64,000 nucleotides of DNA from Octopus bimaculoides (lineage: Eukaryota), in contig NC_069004.1 in assembly GCF_001194135.2 (NCBI RefSeq), positions 27,853,347 through 27,917,346 on the forward strand, in the 5' to 3' direction. Below the pieces are notes generated by a model. That model searched no databases and was not told the origin of the DNA. It saw nothing but the letters and a program-made list of their open reading frames with translations. The translations under genes and the position numbers were made by a program. How positions within the stretch are numbered: the stretch's first letter is position 1; each line of letters starts with the position of its first letter. Below are positions 25,141 through 38,419 of the stretch, in pieces.

Positions 25141-25289
25141 TGCCAAATATAAGAATCACTCTTCTGTATTCAATTTATCTAGTTGTATTCTGTATTCAAT
25201 TTTTGCATAGTTGTATACCTTCCATATATTGCTGTCTTTTTTGACGAGGGAATGCTAGAACGATGGCATAATGCCATCGTTTTAAGCAA

Positions 25290-25520
25290 GGTAGGTGAGT
25301 TAAGGTAACGAGCTGACAGAACCGTTAGCACTTTGGACAAAATGCTTAACAGCATTTTGTTTGTCTTTACGTTGTGGGTTCAAATTCCACCGAGGCCAAC
25401 TTTACCTTTTATCCCTTTGAGTGGGTGGGGGCAAAATAAGTACCAGTTGAGCACTGGGGTTGATATAATTGACTAGCACCCTCCCCCAAAATTTCAGACC
25501 TTGTGCCTACAGCAGAAAAG
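25290..25520 (+). mobile_element. Diverged SINE family A
   Basis: GAGCTGACAGAACCGTTAGCAC...GGGTTCAAATTCCACCGAGGCCAACTTTACCTTTTATCC...AAGTACCAGTTGAGCACTGGGG. Confidence 0.8.
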
Positions 25521-25947
25521 ATTATGTCGAGAGAGGACTCAGTAACTAAGCTAATGTGATTAGTAAGGGGATCTGAGACAGGGGCAGCACAATGTTTGCT
25601 GTGTGAGTTGGCTGAGCCATAGTAACAGTAGCACTTGATGAGAAGTTCCAAGGGTCAGGAGCTACTCTAGTAGTGGTAAAAAAGACCAGAGGAACCAACA
25701 ATAAGTATTATGCATAGCTTCACATTATAATTCCTTCTCATGATTATTCAGAAATATGACTGAACATAGGCATGTTTTCAAGTAAAATTCCATTGCTTAA
25801 TTTCTAATTGTTGCTGTTCAGATCCAGTTTAGCCTTCATCAGAGAAGACATAAAATATTAGGGTGGTCTAAATGTGACCATCGTACTGTTTTCTTTACTG
25901 TCTTTTCTTTACTGTCTTTTCTTTTGGGGTATATTTGTGAAGGTTTG

Positions 25948-26220
25948 TGGCCCAGTGGTCAGGATGTTGCACTCATGATCGCAAGATCATGGTTTCAGTT
26001 TCCAGACTGGGCAAGTACATTGTGTTCCTGAGCCAAGCACTTAATTCCACATTATTCCAGTTTATTTAGTATATGAGTTCCAGCAGTAACTGAGAAGTTA
26101 ACCCTGCGACAGACCAGCATCCCATTCAGTGGGGAGGAGTGTTCTAAACTCAGTCACTTCTGCATCATGGAAATTAGGTTAAACTTCAGCCTTACAAGTC
26201 CTAGGGCTCAGGACAGACCT
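25948..26220 (+). mobile_element. tRNA/CORE-type SINE, head C plus V-like tail
   Basis: TGGCCCAGTGGTCAGG head, GTGTTCCTGAGCCAAGCACTT, CCCTGCGACAGACCAGCATCCCATTCAG. Confidence 0.7.
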
Positions 26221-27080
26221 ATCTAAGTGTGCTTTTAGTACTCTATTATCAGTACTTTATACAGGATGATAAAGTGTTGATTTTCACAACTCTTTTTAAA
26301 ATGCTGAGCTTCATTTATGCTTTTTCATAGAAGACAGTGGAAATCCACTTCCATGAACTCCAGAGTTATTTATTCCGAACGAGAACCAACAGCAAGATAT
26401 GCTTCTAAAAATGAGTGCACACGCATACACATGCATCTGTGTTTGCGTGTATGTGTGTGTTTGCATATGTTTGTATGCGTATGCACATGCATGTTTGGTT
26501 ATTTCTCTATATTAGTGAAAATAAGCCGGCATTATCCTCTGCTGAATTAGCAAAGAATGCCACCAGACATGGAAGCGTAATAATGTGTTTTGTGTGTGTG
26601 TGTGTGTGTGTGCATGCATGCACACGTGTGTTTGTCTCTGTGTGTTTGTCTCTGTGTGTTTGTCTGTGTGTGTGTTTGTGTGTATTCGCGTAGTTGTATA
26701 CCTTCCATATATATTGCTGACTTTTCAGTTTTCCATGACCTCTTCTTTACTTTGACCCCTGTAAGTGGTCAAAAACCCCCAGAAATGTTTTATTAATGTT
26801 TTTGCGTTGTGTTAACTCTGTTTACTCTCCAGCATATATACCATATGTACATTCCGTCCTCTCCCCCACCCTACTACTACTACTACTACATAGTGCCCTA
26901 ATGTAACATCACACATTGCATCATCTTACCACTTCTGTATTCACAGATTGTCTGTGCCACTACCATCATCACCACCACTCTTCCCCCCACCCCACCCCGG
27001 TGACCGATTCTTCTGCCCAAACAAAATTATATCAACACCCATCACCACTTAATTCTCCTTTCACCATAACATACCATATA

Positions 27081-27126
<46 letters not shown>

Positions 27127-27393
27127 TACCACTACATTCAAAAGTCATTGTTATGCTCACCCCCTCATCCCCCCACACACACATACACTATTACCTCAGC
27201 TTACCCCTATTGTTACCACCACCACCACCACCATAACAATGTGTGTGTGTGTGTGTGTGGGAGAGAGAGAGGGGGAGAGGGAGATGCCTCTCTCTTTGCA
27301 AATTGTTGTTGTCATTGCTGTATGTATTAAAAGCCCTTTCTCACTTCTAATTCAATATCCATCCTCCTGGAAACAAGCTTTGAGGCCTGTGCA

Positions 27394-27436
<43 letters not shown>

Positions 27437-27974
27437 TGCATCACATTACACTTCCACCACCATCTCCTCCTCTAATGAACAACAGTTTTCCACATAGTAA
27501 GCACTGACTATAACAGATAGTTTCTGATTTGGAATCAGCTTGATGCATTATGTATGAGAAATAATAAATGTTAAACTGCAAAACTGAGTTAAAAACAACA
27601 ACAACAACAACGATTTATTTTACAACATTAAAAAAATAATAACAAAGTAAAATAAAAAAACAACAATAAATAAACAAACAAACAAACAAGAAAAACAAAA
27701 GTAAACAATTTGAAAAATATACAAGAAGTAAATTTCTGATTGAATTTCTAACTTTATTTGTTATCTTATTTATATCTATTTACATGTGTGTTTGTGTGTG
27801 TATTTACATGTATAGACATGTATGGATAGGCGGATAGATGGATGGATGTGTATTTCAATTTGGATAAAAATCTCCAATTAGCTTTCTGCTAAGGATAGGA
27901 GCTTCAATGAGGTGGTTGTTTTTTTTTGTTTTTGTTTTTTTTTTGTCATTTTTATTTACAGTTTTGTTTAGGGT

Positions 27975-28535
27975 ATATAAATACATACACACACATTTAT
28001 ATACATACATATATAGATATATGTTATATATATGTATGTCTATGTGCATATGAGATATATATGTATATATATGCATGCATATGCATGTTTGTGTATACAT
28101 ATATAGATATATGTTATATGTGTGTATGTCTATGTGCATATGAGATATATATATATGTATGTTTGTATATATCATCATCATGCATGTATGCATATATATG
28201 GTTGTGTATATATATATGCATATGTATGTTTATGTCTATGTGCATATGAGATATATATGTATATATATGTATGCATATGTATGTTTGTGTATATATATAT
28301 ATATATATATATATGCATGTATGCATATATATGGTTGTGTATATATATATATGCATATGTATGTTTATGTATATGTGCATGCATAGTGTATATGCAATAT
28401 AAAAGTAAAGTGTGTGTATCATGCACATGTAGCATGTGTTTGTGCATATATAATACACATGTATATGTGTATGTATATGTACTTACATACATATATGTAT
28501 GTATGTATGCATGTATGTATGTTTGTATATATGTG
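27975..28535. repeat. Compound alternating purine-pyrimidine minisatellite
   Basis: TGTCTATGTGCATATGAGATATATAT occurs three times about 90-105 bp apart within (TA/TG/CA)n. Confidence 0.8.
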
Positions 28536-30353
28536 TCTGTCTTTAAGGGTTTTTTTTTCCTTCTTGTGTTCTGTATGTAGTCCCTCTGAATATTTTGTTT
28601 TGAATGCATCATAATCTCTTTTGTTCAACTGCAGCAGAAATATCTGTGCATTGACGCTGAAAAGTGTTCGCAACAACAAGGAAATGTTACAGCATCTTTC
28701 ATATTAAATATTTTTATTCCGTATTTCAGCTTGTCTAAATTGAAAAAAGAAAAATAAAGACAAAATTCTGTTGGGGGACAAAAAAAATGTATGTAAAAAA
28801 AAAAAAAAAAAAAAAAGAAGAGAGAAAAAAAAAGTATCTCATTTTGCTGACTCTTCTCATTTTCTTCTATTTATTTCCCAAGTATATCTATTTCTCTCTC
28901 TCTTTCTATCTAGCTTTCCCCCTCTCATGGTATTTCTCTTCCACAACAAATTTTCCCTCTTAAAGTTTAAAAATAGCATTAATGTTTGTAGACAGCAGAT
29001 GTTTAAATTTATTTCACCAGTTTTCATAGCGAATCAATGGATTTGTTGATCTATGTTGAAATTTTATGAAGAACTTGGGGTCTCCTTTTAGAATGCTTTA
29101 TAAAACTATTTCTAGAGCCACCATCTCCAGCTCGGAAATAAAATTCGCAAAAATTTGTGTGATTCTATTCATATATTTTTTAGGGCTTTTTCTGTTATTC
29201 TTTTTTTTTATTATTTTGCATTGCTTTATTTTTGTTCTTTTCCCTATTTTTTGCTTTAATTTTTTTTTCTTTCCCTCTTTTGTATAAACTATTTTTGGTT
29301 ATGTTAAAAACAATATGAGGTAATCTCGAGAATAATATTTCAAGAATTGTGGCTGTCTATCACATCATGAATATTGTTTGGCTTCTTATTACTGCCATTA
29401 ATTCCATAAGTTTTGGTTGGTTGGCTGGTCGGTCGGTCGGTTGGTTGGTTGGTAGGTTGGTTGGTTAGATTTTTTTTTTTTTTTGTCTTCTCTCCTACCC
29501 TTGCTTCCTCTTTGCTATGAATCAAACTGAACTTGGTGGAGTTTCATAGGATTTCATGCTTTTTATATAACACTAATTTGTAAATAGTAAAGAAGCATTC
29601 GTTTTTTTTTAATTGTTTCTTTTTCATTTTTCATTCTTTTTATGGTGAATATATTCTTGTCTTTGAGCAAATAAATAGAAATATGTAGGCAGTTAAAGGT
29701 CTTATAATGTTAATATATAGACTAGAAACCAGTCTTAAGCTCAGATATTTAAAGATAATTTTTCCTTATTTTATCGCAGCTACAAGAAACCCCATAGACA
29801 CTTTACATAACACCTGCTTCCTCTGTTATGATGTACAGCTTTCATTATTGAATAATGGTTTAATAAAAAGAATTGGAAAACAATTTTTCTTTGAAGAAAA
29901 TGATTGATTAAAATATTTCTTAAACATGAGGTAAAAACACTAAAAAAAGAAATTAAAATATTTAAAATTTCTTAACAGCAGAATGTAATTATCAGTTGTT
30001 TTAAATATTTTAATTCTTTCAAAAAGATTCTAATTATATTCTGATATGTGGTTATGACTTATGAAATTATTTTTAAATAAGATGTCCCTGAAGAAATTCA
30101 ACAAAAATTCAGAAGTTGTATTACTTGCTTTTCTTTTTCTTATCAGAGCTATTTTTATGTGAAATTGTTAAACTTTGTTGAGGTGGTTGTCCTTTGTTTA
30201 ATTTTCCCAACTTTAGAATTGTTACTATTGGAAACAAAAAATTTTCTTATTGTCCATAACACTAGTGAATATCAATTTTGGAATACTGTGGTCAAATAAA
30301 GATTTGTATGGTTAGTCTTGGTCTCAAAACATATTAGTTTACATGATGTCCAA

Positions 30354-31205
30354 TCATCATCATCATCCATTTTCCATGCTAGCATGGCTAAGACAGTTTG
30401 ACTAGAGCCGGTAAGTCAGAGGGCTGCACTAGGCTCCAGTCTGTTTTGACTTGATTTCTGTGGTTGGATGCCCTTCCTAATGCAAACCACTCCACAGAGT
30501 GCACTGGGTGCCTTTTATCTGTCACCAGCAGGTACCTTTTGCATATCGCCGGCACAGGTGTCTTTTACATGTCACCAGTAGGTACCTTTTGTGTGTCACC
30601 AGCAGGTGCCTTTCATGTGTCACCAGCAGGTGCCTTTTACATGTCGCCAGTACAGGTGTCTTTTACATGTCATTGGTGCAGGTGCCTTTTACATGTCACT
30701 GGCACAGGTGCCCTTTACATGTCACTAGCACAGGTGTCTTTTACATGTCATTGGTGCAGGTGCCTTTTACATGTCACTGGCACAGGTGCCCTTTACATGT
30801 CGCCAGCACAGGTACCCTTTACATGTCGCCAGCACAGGTGTCTTTTACATGTCATTGGTCCAGGTGCCTTTTACATGTCACTGGCACAGGTGCCCTTTAC
30901 ATGTCGCCAGCACAGGTGTCTTTTACATGTCATTGGCACAGGTGCCCTTTACATGTCACCAGCACAGGTGCTTTTTATGTATCACAGGCACAAGTGCCTT
31001 TTGTGAGTCGCTGGCATGGGTGCCTTTCACATGCTTGATGTTTCTTCTCAAGCACGGCTAATCACCAGAAGTCTTGGTCATTTGTCATTGCCTCCGTGAG
31101 ACTCAACATCTGAAGATCATATTTCACCACCCACTCCCATGTCTCCCTGGATTTACCTCTTCCACAGGTTCCCTGAAACCTCCTGATATAAGCACCTACC
31201 TGTGT
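30354..31205 (-). mobile_element. 5'-truncated RTE LINE: RT C-terminus, 3' UTR and (GAT)n tail
   Basis: Reverse translation QGTCGRGKSRETWEWVVKYDLQMLSLTEAMTNDQDFW*LAVLEKK matches the RTE pattern GRGRPRKTW...DR..W; (CAT)n at 30354-30366. Confidence 0.85.
30505..31030. repeat. 24-26 bp minisatellite (~20 units) inside the RTE 3' UTR
   Basis: Unit approximately CTTTTACATGTCACTGGCACAGGTGC, with a 78 bp three-unit higher-order period from about 30640 to 30950. Confidence 0.95.
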
Positions 31206-31849
31206 AATCTTTATAGCATTCAATAATAATAATAATAATAATAGTTTCAAATTTTTGCACAGAGCCAGCAGTTTTTGAGGGGATGGGTAAGTCGATTACA
31301 TCGACCCCAGTGTTCCACTGGTACTTGTTTTATCAACCCTGAAAGGATAAAAGGCAAAGTCAGCCCCACTGGAGTTTGAACTCAGAACATAAAGACAGAG
31401 GAAATACTGTGCTAGCCATTTTGCCCAATATGCTAACGATTCTACCTGCTGGCTGTCTTCACATAGTCAATTATATTGGCTATAGTACTTGGCTGGTAGT
31501 TCATTTTACTGGCCCTGGACAGATGAAAGACAAAGTTGAATTTGGTACATAAAGAGCCACAACAAATACTTAAGGACATTTTCTCTGCTACTCCAATCAC
31601 CCTTCTAATAATTATAATAATAATTATGAGATTATAAAGATTTCTATCTGATAAAGGGTCACAAGTCTTGGAGTAGTATTAAGATCAAATGTGTCCAAGT
31701 AGTTTGCTAGTACTTACTTATTTCATCAACTATAGAAGGATGGTAGACTTTGGTAGAACTGAAAATCAGAACATAAAAGAACATAAGCAAAATATTCCAC
31801 GCTTGCCTGGGTTGAACAGAATTTGAGATAGATTGTCCATGGTTGAGTG

Positions 31850-32240
31850 CCTTTTCCATCACCAGCCTTTATCTATTTCCAAAGAAGGCAATATTCCCAC
31901 CACCCCACCTCATGGCCAGGCACATTTCCACAGAATATTGGAAATGAATGACATTCATTTATAACAATCACACTATGTCAAGACATGGTATGAGAGAGAC
32001 ACCCTCACACACACATACATATAGACACACACACACATACACATACTTGTACATAGACACACACACATACACTGATACGATGGGCTTCTGTTGGGTTCTG
32101 TCTATCAAATCCATGCACAAGGCTTCGGTCAGCCCGAGGCTATAGTAGAAGACACTTGCCCAAGGTGCCTCACAGTGGGACTAATCCCCAAACCATGTGA
32201 ATGGGAAGCAAAATTCTTACCACACAGCTCACACCTGCCC
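31850..32240 (-). mobile_element. SINE family B' (B head, RTE tail)
   Basis: The reverse strand has the B head (GGCTATAGTAGAAGACACTTGCCCAAGGTGCC on +), (CA)n and the B' tail. Confidence 0.8.
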
Positions 32241-32509
32241 CTGTTGGTCCCCTGAGTCTACAACCCCACCATGGGCATAAAACATCTTATTAAGATGTTG
32301 ATACTGATGTTTATGGTATAAATATACTTAGCTAAATGAAGATTTAATTGAGAGAGAAAGAATAACAGCGTAAAATCTTTTGTCATCATATTTGATGAAG
32401 GCAAGAATTATCTCTCTAACTGGTTATGGAAACATGTATGAGAAGAGAGTTCCACAGAATTATGATTTTCAAGGTATAGAGGGTTTCATGTAATATTTTG
32501 ATGTATCGT

Positions 32510-32772
32510 TCACTCACCTTGTTACCAACCCACCCAAGACCACCCCTGCCATAACAATCTGAAAGATTCCATTTCAATATGTTCATATTTAAATTTAAGC
32601 TGTCTATCGTAACTTCATGTAGAAACCTTTTGTTAAGTTATGTTCCAAACAGCAGATTAATAATGAAGAAGTCAGTTATTTTTCATAATTCTTCTAAACT
32701 CTTGATTATTTTAAAATAATTTAAACACATAGGCAGTGTATTTCATTAAAAATATTGTCACGAAAGGATTAA
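32510..32772. mobile_element. Diverged piggyBac-type MITE (CCCTTTTGTTACC family), reverse orientation
   Basis: Reverse complement is homologous to 60985-61145; ends GTCACGAAAGGATTAA. Confidence 0.65.
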
Positions 32773-34249
32773 TAACAGCTTGAATGGTGGTGGGAAGAAG
32801 CGGAAAGGCAAGTGTTGTGAATGGATTTCATTAGCTTTAGGGTACAGATAGCGAGTTCATTTAAAACACTACTATATTTGATGGTTGAAATAATCCTTGC
32901 AATGAGAAAGCATGACAATACACCAGAGTTTCAAAATTTTCACAGAGAGAGAGAGAGAGAGAGAGAATGACAAAGAGAAAGGAGTCATACATTGGTTTGA
33001 TCACTACTTTCTTAATGCAACATGACTAACATGTGAGACATGAACTATGCTGTAGTCATCATTATAAGATAAATATATATGTGTGTGTATGTATAATTTG
33101 TATATATATATATATATGTGTGTGTATGTATAATTTGTATATATATATATATATGTAGATATATCATTAGTATTATTAAGGCAAAGAGCTGTCAGAATCA
33201 TTAGCACATATTTAGTGACATTTCTTCCTGCTATTTATGATCCGAGTTCAAATTCCACTAAGGTCAACTTCACTTTTCAGCCTTTTAGAGTCAATAGCAA
33301 ATATAAGCACTAGTTGAGCACTGAGGCTGATGGGATCAACTTCCTCCCCTCCCCCAACAATTTCAGAACCTTTGACTGTTGTTGAAAGAATCGTTGTTGT
33401 TGTTGGTGGTGGTAGTGGTGGTAGTGGTGGGGGTCAGTGGTGGTCAGTGGTAGCAAACTGATTGAATCATTAGCATGTTGGGCAAAATGGTTAGCAGCAG
33501 TTCTTCCAGCTCTTTTCATTCTGAGTTCAAATGCTGCTGAAGTTTGACTTTGCCTTTCATCCTTTCAAGGTCAATAAAGCAAGTACCAACTGAGCTCTGG
33601 GGGTTGATCTAATTGATTATTCTTTCACGTTAATATCGCTGGCCACATGCCAAAGTCATCAATTTAGTAGTTTATCAGCTTAGTCAGTGACCTGGGTTCA
33701 TGTAAGTTGCAACTGTATTACTTCGTTTATTAAGTCCCATGGAAAAATATTGAATATCATAAATTCTTATTTGCCCCTGCACTTTCACCCACCTCTTTCA
33801 CTCTTGCTTCCACCATAAGATTTATAAATCTTAGGTTTCACATGAAACAGTCAATATTTATTTGTCTCAAGCAAGTATGATATATAGGAAGTCAATTGAA
33901 TTACTTTTTCTAATCATATACATCTATCAGTAGCTAAATTTATTTAACCCTACTGACTTGAGTTACATAGAAATCAGAAAACCAAGCATGTAGCTCCTTC
34001 CAAGCTATACTTCGTAAGGTTAGGCTGAGTTCAGTATGAGACAAGCGAATGGCAACCTTATCAGGAGCAATTGTGCTGTTCAAAAGTTTACTCTGCAACA
34101 AAAATATATTCTGGTTTTGATCTTACTGTGCTGCCATACAACCATTTGTGCACATATCTTTTTGCAGTACCTGCGATTTAATGTGAAATTTGATAAACAA
34201 AGTGTGCAGAATCTCATCCTGTGTGTATATAGGCACTGTTTTGGCCATG

Positions 34250-34402
34250 TACTCCGAGATGCTTACTTCCCAACCATTTTATCTCAGTTTCAATCCTACT
34301 GCATGACACCTTAGGTAAGTGTCTTCTACTATAACTCTGGGCCCTGTTAGTGGATTTGGTAGATAGAAACTGAAAGAAGCCCATCATGTATGTATGCATG
34401 CA

Positions 34403-34433
<31 letters not shown>

Positions 34434-34790
34434 GTTTAAATATATTTTTTTACACCAAAAATTTGGCAAAAGAATATATCTGTTAACAATCTTAGCAAAA
34501 TACTCAAAGTTCAGTTTGTATATATATATATACATATGGATGTGGATGTATTTGAGTGTACCCTTGTCTTGACTTTATGTGATGGTTGTAATTGAGTGCC
34601 ACCATCATTAAAGGCGATGTTCTTTCCAGTCTTTTAGACAAAAACATGTTTGACCATGGAGAAATATTATCTTACTTGGGTTAGCAACAGGAAGGACATC
34701 CAGCAATAGAAATTCCTCCTCTGCATATTCTATGTAACTTGTACAAGCATGGAAAAAAGTGAACATTAAGACAATATATCAATGTCAGTG
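34250..34790 (+). mobile_element. SINE family B'
   Basis: CACCTTAGGTAAGTGTCTTCTACTATA...GGATTTGGTAGATAGAAACTGAAAGAAGCCC, (TG/TA)n, then ...AACAGGAAGGACATCCAGC...GCATGGAAA. Confidence 0.75.
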
Positions 34791-35089
34791 AAGGGTCAAG
34801 TGGACCCTTTAGACTTGGGAATATAACTTTTATTGTGCTGAGGCCATGATATAAAATACTCCCTGTGCACTCTGTAAAGGGTTTGGTGTTAGGAAGCATA
34901 TCCAACCATAGAAACCAAACCAAAAATTAAACTTTACAAGTGAGAGAGAGAGAGAGAGAGACATTGTCCTTCAACTCATCTAGGAGGACAGTGGACTCTG
35001 CATAAGAACTGACTTGAACTCTGTCAACCCATCCTGCTCATGCTAGCATGGGAAAACAAATTGCAGGTACTGAATGCGGGTGGTGTCAG

Positions 35090-35295
35090 TGGTCATCATC
35101 ATCGTCGTTTAACACCAGGCTCCAATCCAATTTGGCAGAGTTTCTACAGCTGGATGCCCTTCCTAACGCCAACCACTCAGAGAGTGTAGTGAGTGTTTTT
35201 ATGTGTCACCCGCACGAAAACGGCCACGCTTGAAATGGTGTCTTTTATGTGCCACCCACACAAGAGCCAGTCCAGGGGCACTGGCAACGATGTAC
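35090..35295 (-). mobile_element. RTE LINE 3' end with ~60 bp internal repeats
   Basis: TTTCTACAGCTGGATGCCCTTCCTAACGCCAACCACTC and two TTTTATGTG(T/C)CACC units; homologous to 51190-51620. Confidence 0.8.
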
Positions 35296-36867
35296 TATGT
35301 ACTTGTATCTGTGTCAGCCACAAATTACTGTTATATCAGTGTAATATTGTGGTATTTATTTTGAGTTTCACTGACTGACTCACCAATCACTCACCATTGG
35401 AAAGCTGTAACCACTAATTAATTGGACATGTATTTTCTACCTATAGCCTCAGACTGATCAAAGACTTGTGAGTGGATTTAGTAGACAGAAACTATTGAAG
35501 ATAAGCTCATATAAGAAAAAAAAAAAAGATCTCATGTGTAGTTGGCTTTTTGTTATCTCAGCATCTGTTTTGCCATTGGTTTTGTAACTGAATGCGCTGG
35601 AAACTAGGTCCAGTGCTGTGAAACACTTTATCCACTCGGAGCAAATTCTCACAGGAATTTCAATTTAATGCTTGTAAGTTTAGGAAGTGATCTTACTTGG
35701 TCACGTGTTAACTTCTACTATATAAAAAGTGTGTGTGCATACCTCATTGTCTTGACGTTGCATCATAGTTGTAAATGATTGTCATTTTCATATAAGCTTT
35801 GTTGTTCGTTTCAAATATTCTGCATAAACATGTTTGGCCATGAGGAAATATTACCTTGCTTGGAAACAGGTGAGAGTTGGTGACAGAAAGCGCATCCAGC
35901 CATAGAAAATCTGCCACAATAAACTCTGTCTGACCATGCAAGCATAGAAAAGTGGATGTTAAAATGATGATGATGATTATTATGTTCTTGCTGTCTGCAA
36001 TGGTTCCTGTTTATTAAATATGTGAACTGAACCATTGCATAGTGTCAAAGACAATGTGCAAACTGTTCAACCTTCCACTGGTAATCTGACATCTTACTGA
36101 CTCAATATGCAAATCTATTTGCAATATTTGCATACTGCACAACAATGTCACAAATAACTATTTCTTACATTGATATATGATTTCATTGATATAATTTCAA
36201 TTTCAAATTGTTTCTTTTGTCAAATATCTAAATTTGGACAACCATCCAACCCACACTACATTGAAAGAAATAAATGGATTTAAATGCACTTTAGTATACA
36301 TGCATAAGTGAATATGTATTTGTGTATATTTGTGTGCATGTCTTTGCACCTGCACACAACACACATGCAAATGTGTGTGCACACATGCAAGCAACTACAT
36401 GCATGGACACAAACATGCACATGCGAATAATGTACATTCATGCAAACACACGTGGTCGGATAATACACTATTGTAAGGTGATGCAGCTTCATGTTTCAAC
36501 AGTTACAAAAGATGCATTTATATTTGAAGTGAATGGCACCTTTTAAATTGATCCTTAAGCAAGCTTCTTCAGCTTAACTATATTTGGTATCTGGTGGAGA
36601 TGGCTTTGGAAAAGTCAGTACATCTCCTTCCTTTCTTTCTTTAAAGCACCATACCAATTACAAAACCGAATACAACCAATGCATTGCAATTTGCAGCAGC
36701 ATCTTGATGGGGTTTCCATTCTAAGAACCTTGATGATACATTATTCATTCTTACTTCCACCTCATTCTCACATATTCTTACGTACATTGACACTTCAAAT
36801 AGATATGACACGTACATATATCATGTTCCCTTATAATCATTAAATATGTGTATGTGTGTGTGTGTAT

Positions 36868-37187
36868 ACTCTTTACTCTCTTTTACTCTTTTACTTGTTT
36901 CAGTCATTTGACTGCGGCCATGCTGGAGCACCGCCTTTAGTCGAGCAAATCGACCCCAGGACTTATTCTTTGGAAGCCTAGTACTTATTCTAACAGTCTC
37001 TTTTGCCGAACTGTTAAGTTACGGGGACGTAAACACACCACCATCAGTTGTCAAGCGATGTTGGGGGGGGGGGGCACAGACACACACAAACACACACACA
37101 CACACATATATACATATATACGACGGGCTTCTTCCAGTTTCCGTCTACCAAATCCACTCTCAAGGCTTTGGTCGACCCGAGGCTATA
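36868..37187 (-). mobile_element. CpG-rich, probably young, 5'-truncated SINE family B
   Basis: Close match to the 3' two-thirds of 60262-60645, with a (GAGTAAAA)n tail. Confidence 0.92.
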
Positions 37188-37188
37188 G

Positions 37189-37475
37189 TATAGCCTCGAG
37201 CCAGCCAAAGCTTTGTGAGTGGATTTGGTAGATGGAAGCTAAAAGAAGCCCATTGTGTGAGTGTGTGTGTGTCTTTGTGTCTGTGTTTGTCCCACCACTA
37301 CCACTTGACAACCAGTGTTTGCATCCAAGTAACTTAGCAGTTTGGCAAAAGGAACCGATAAAATAAGTACCAGGCTGGAAAATGTAGTACTGAGGTTGAT
37401 CCATTCAACTAAAAATTGATACGGTAGCGCAGCATGGCCTCAGTCAAATGACTGAAACAAGTAAAGAATTAAAGA
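37189..37475 (+). mobile_element. Older 5'-truncated SINE family B
   Basis: TAGCCTCGAGCCAGCCAAAGCTTTGTGAGTGGATTTGG...CAGTCAAATGACTGAAACAAGTAAAG. Confidence 0.85.
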
Positions 37476-38419
37476 CAGTTTGTCCTTGAACAGAGGAATT
37501 TTTGTCTAAACAAAACTGAGTGAGTGAAAAGGAGATGGACGTCTGTAGCTTATTTTGTTAAGACATTGTACATTTTCTTTTTTTTCGTTGAGCCACATTG
37601 ATTAATATCTGGAACTAAAAAATGTCTAGGAGATTGGTTGTGAGACCAGGGTGCTGGACTAATGACCTTATTGATGCTGGTGGCAGCAGTAGTAGTGGTG
37701 GTGGTGGTGGTGGTGGTGGTGGAGGAGGAGGATATCATTTCACATATTGCAGCAGGTTGTGTTGCGCTTTTGAAAAAGAGACAACAATGAAAAAAAAAAT
37801 TTAAACAACAAGCAAAAACTGGTTTCTCTTCTATTTTATGGTCTAGGAAAAGCATCCAACTGTAAAAACAATTTCTCTAATGGAAATGCATGCAAAAATG
37901 GATGCTGAACAATAAAGAAACGAAAATAAATAATAAAACAGTTGATACTATTTTCACACCTTTATGGGATGAAACTTGCTTTCCTCCGCTGATACATGGC
38001 CTTCAGTTTACAAAAAGAAGATATTTTCCTTAGAGTTTGTAGTGTTATCTGTTAATTAATATTAAATCAATTTCTCTTGTTTTAAGTATCGTTATGACCA
38101 TGCTGGAGCTCTGCTGTAATGGGTTTGGCATTCCTGTATCTGGAATTAGTATAGATTTCCTTTCACATTATGGCTTTCCTTTTTAATGCTATCTCAAGGG
38201 AAGGGAGACAAGTCTTCGTGCTTACTGTCTGACAGCTACAATTTAACTTCTATAGTTCTACAAATTGAAACAGAAGTGGACGTGTGATTGATGGAATGTG
38301 ATGTTGCAGGACAAGAACTCATAACCTTCGGTACTAATTCTTCATGATAGTAAGCCATTACAACAATATAAATCACTCTCAACACCAAGTCTTTGAAGAA
38401 GCCTCTACTCCTATTGCTT

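Noticed and set aside
25805-25845. Minus-strand CTGATGAAGGCT...CTGAAC, hammerhead-like; also CTGATGA at 48682 (+) and ~52627 (-)
   Set aside because: There is no GAAA box at the right spacing and no stems I/III; a 7-mer is expected by chance.
26330-26580. Two in-phase plus-strand candidate exons around a (TG)n tract; similar candidates at 2660-2749, 4888-4992, 29760-29835 and 41258-41310
   Set aside because: One or both splice sites are weak and there is no homology, so they cannot be told apart from pseudo-exons without RNA data.
30505-31030. Regular short repeats as a possible CRISPR-like array
   Set aside because: The units are contiguous with no unique spacers, there are no cas genes, and the context is eukaryotic.
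30464-31061. 180 aa Cys/His-rich repetitive ORFs resembling zinc-finger arrays
   Set aside because: All three frames are open because the 26 bp minisatellite lacks stop codons; it lies antisense in an RTE 3' UTR and has no C2H2 spacing.
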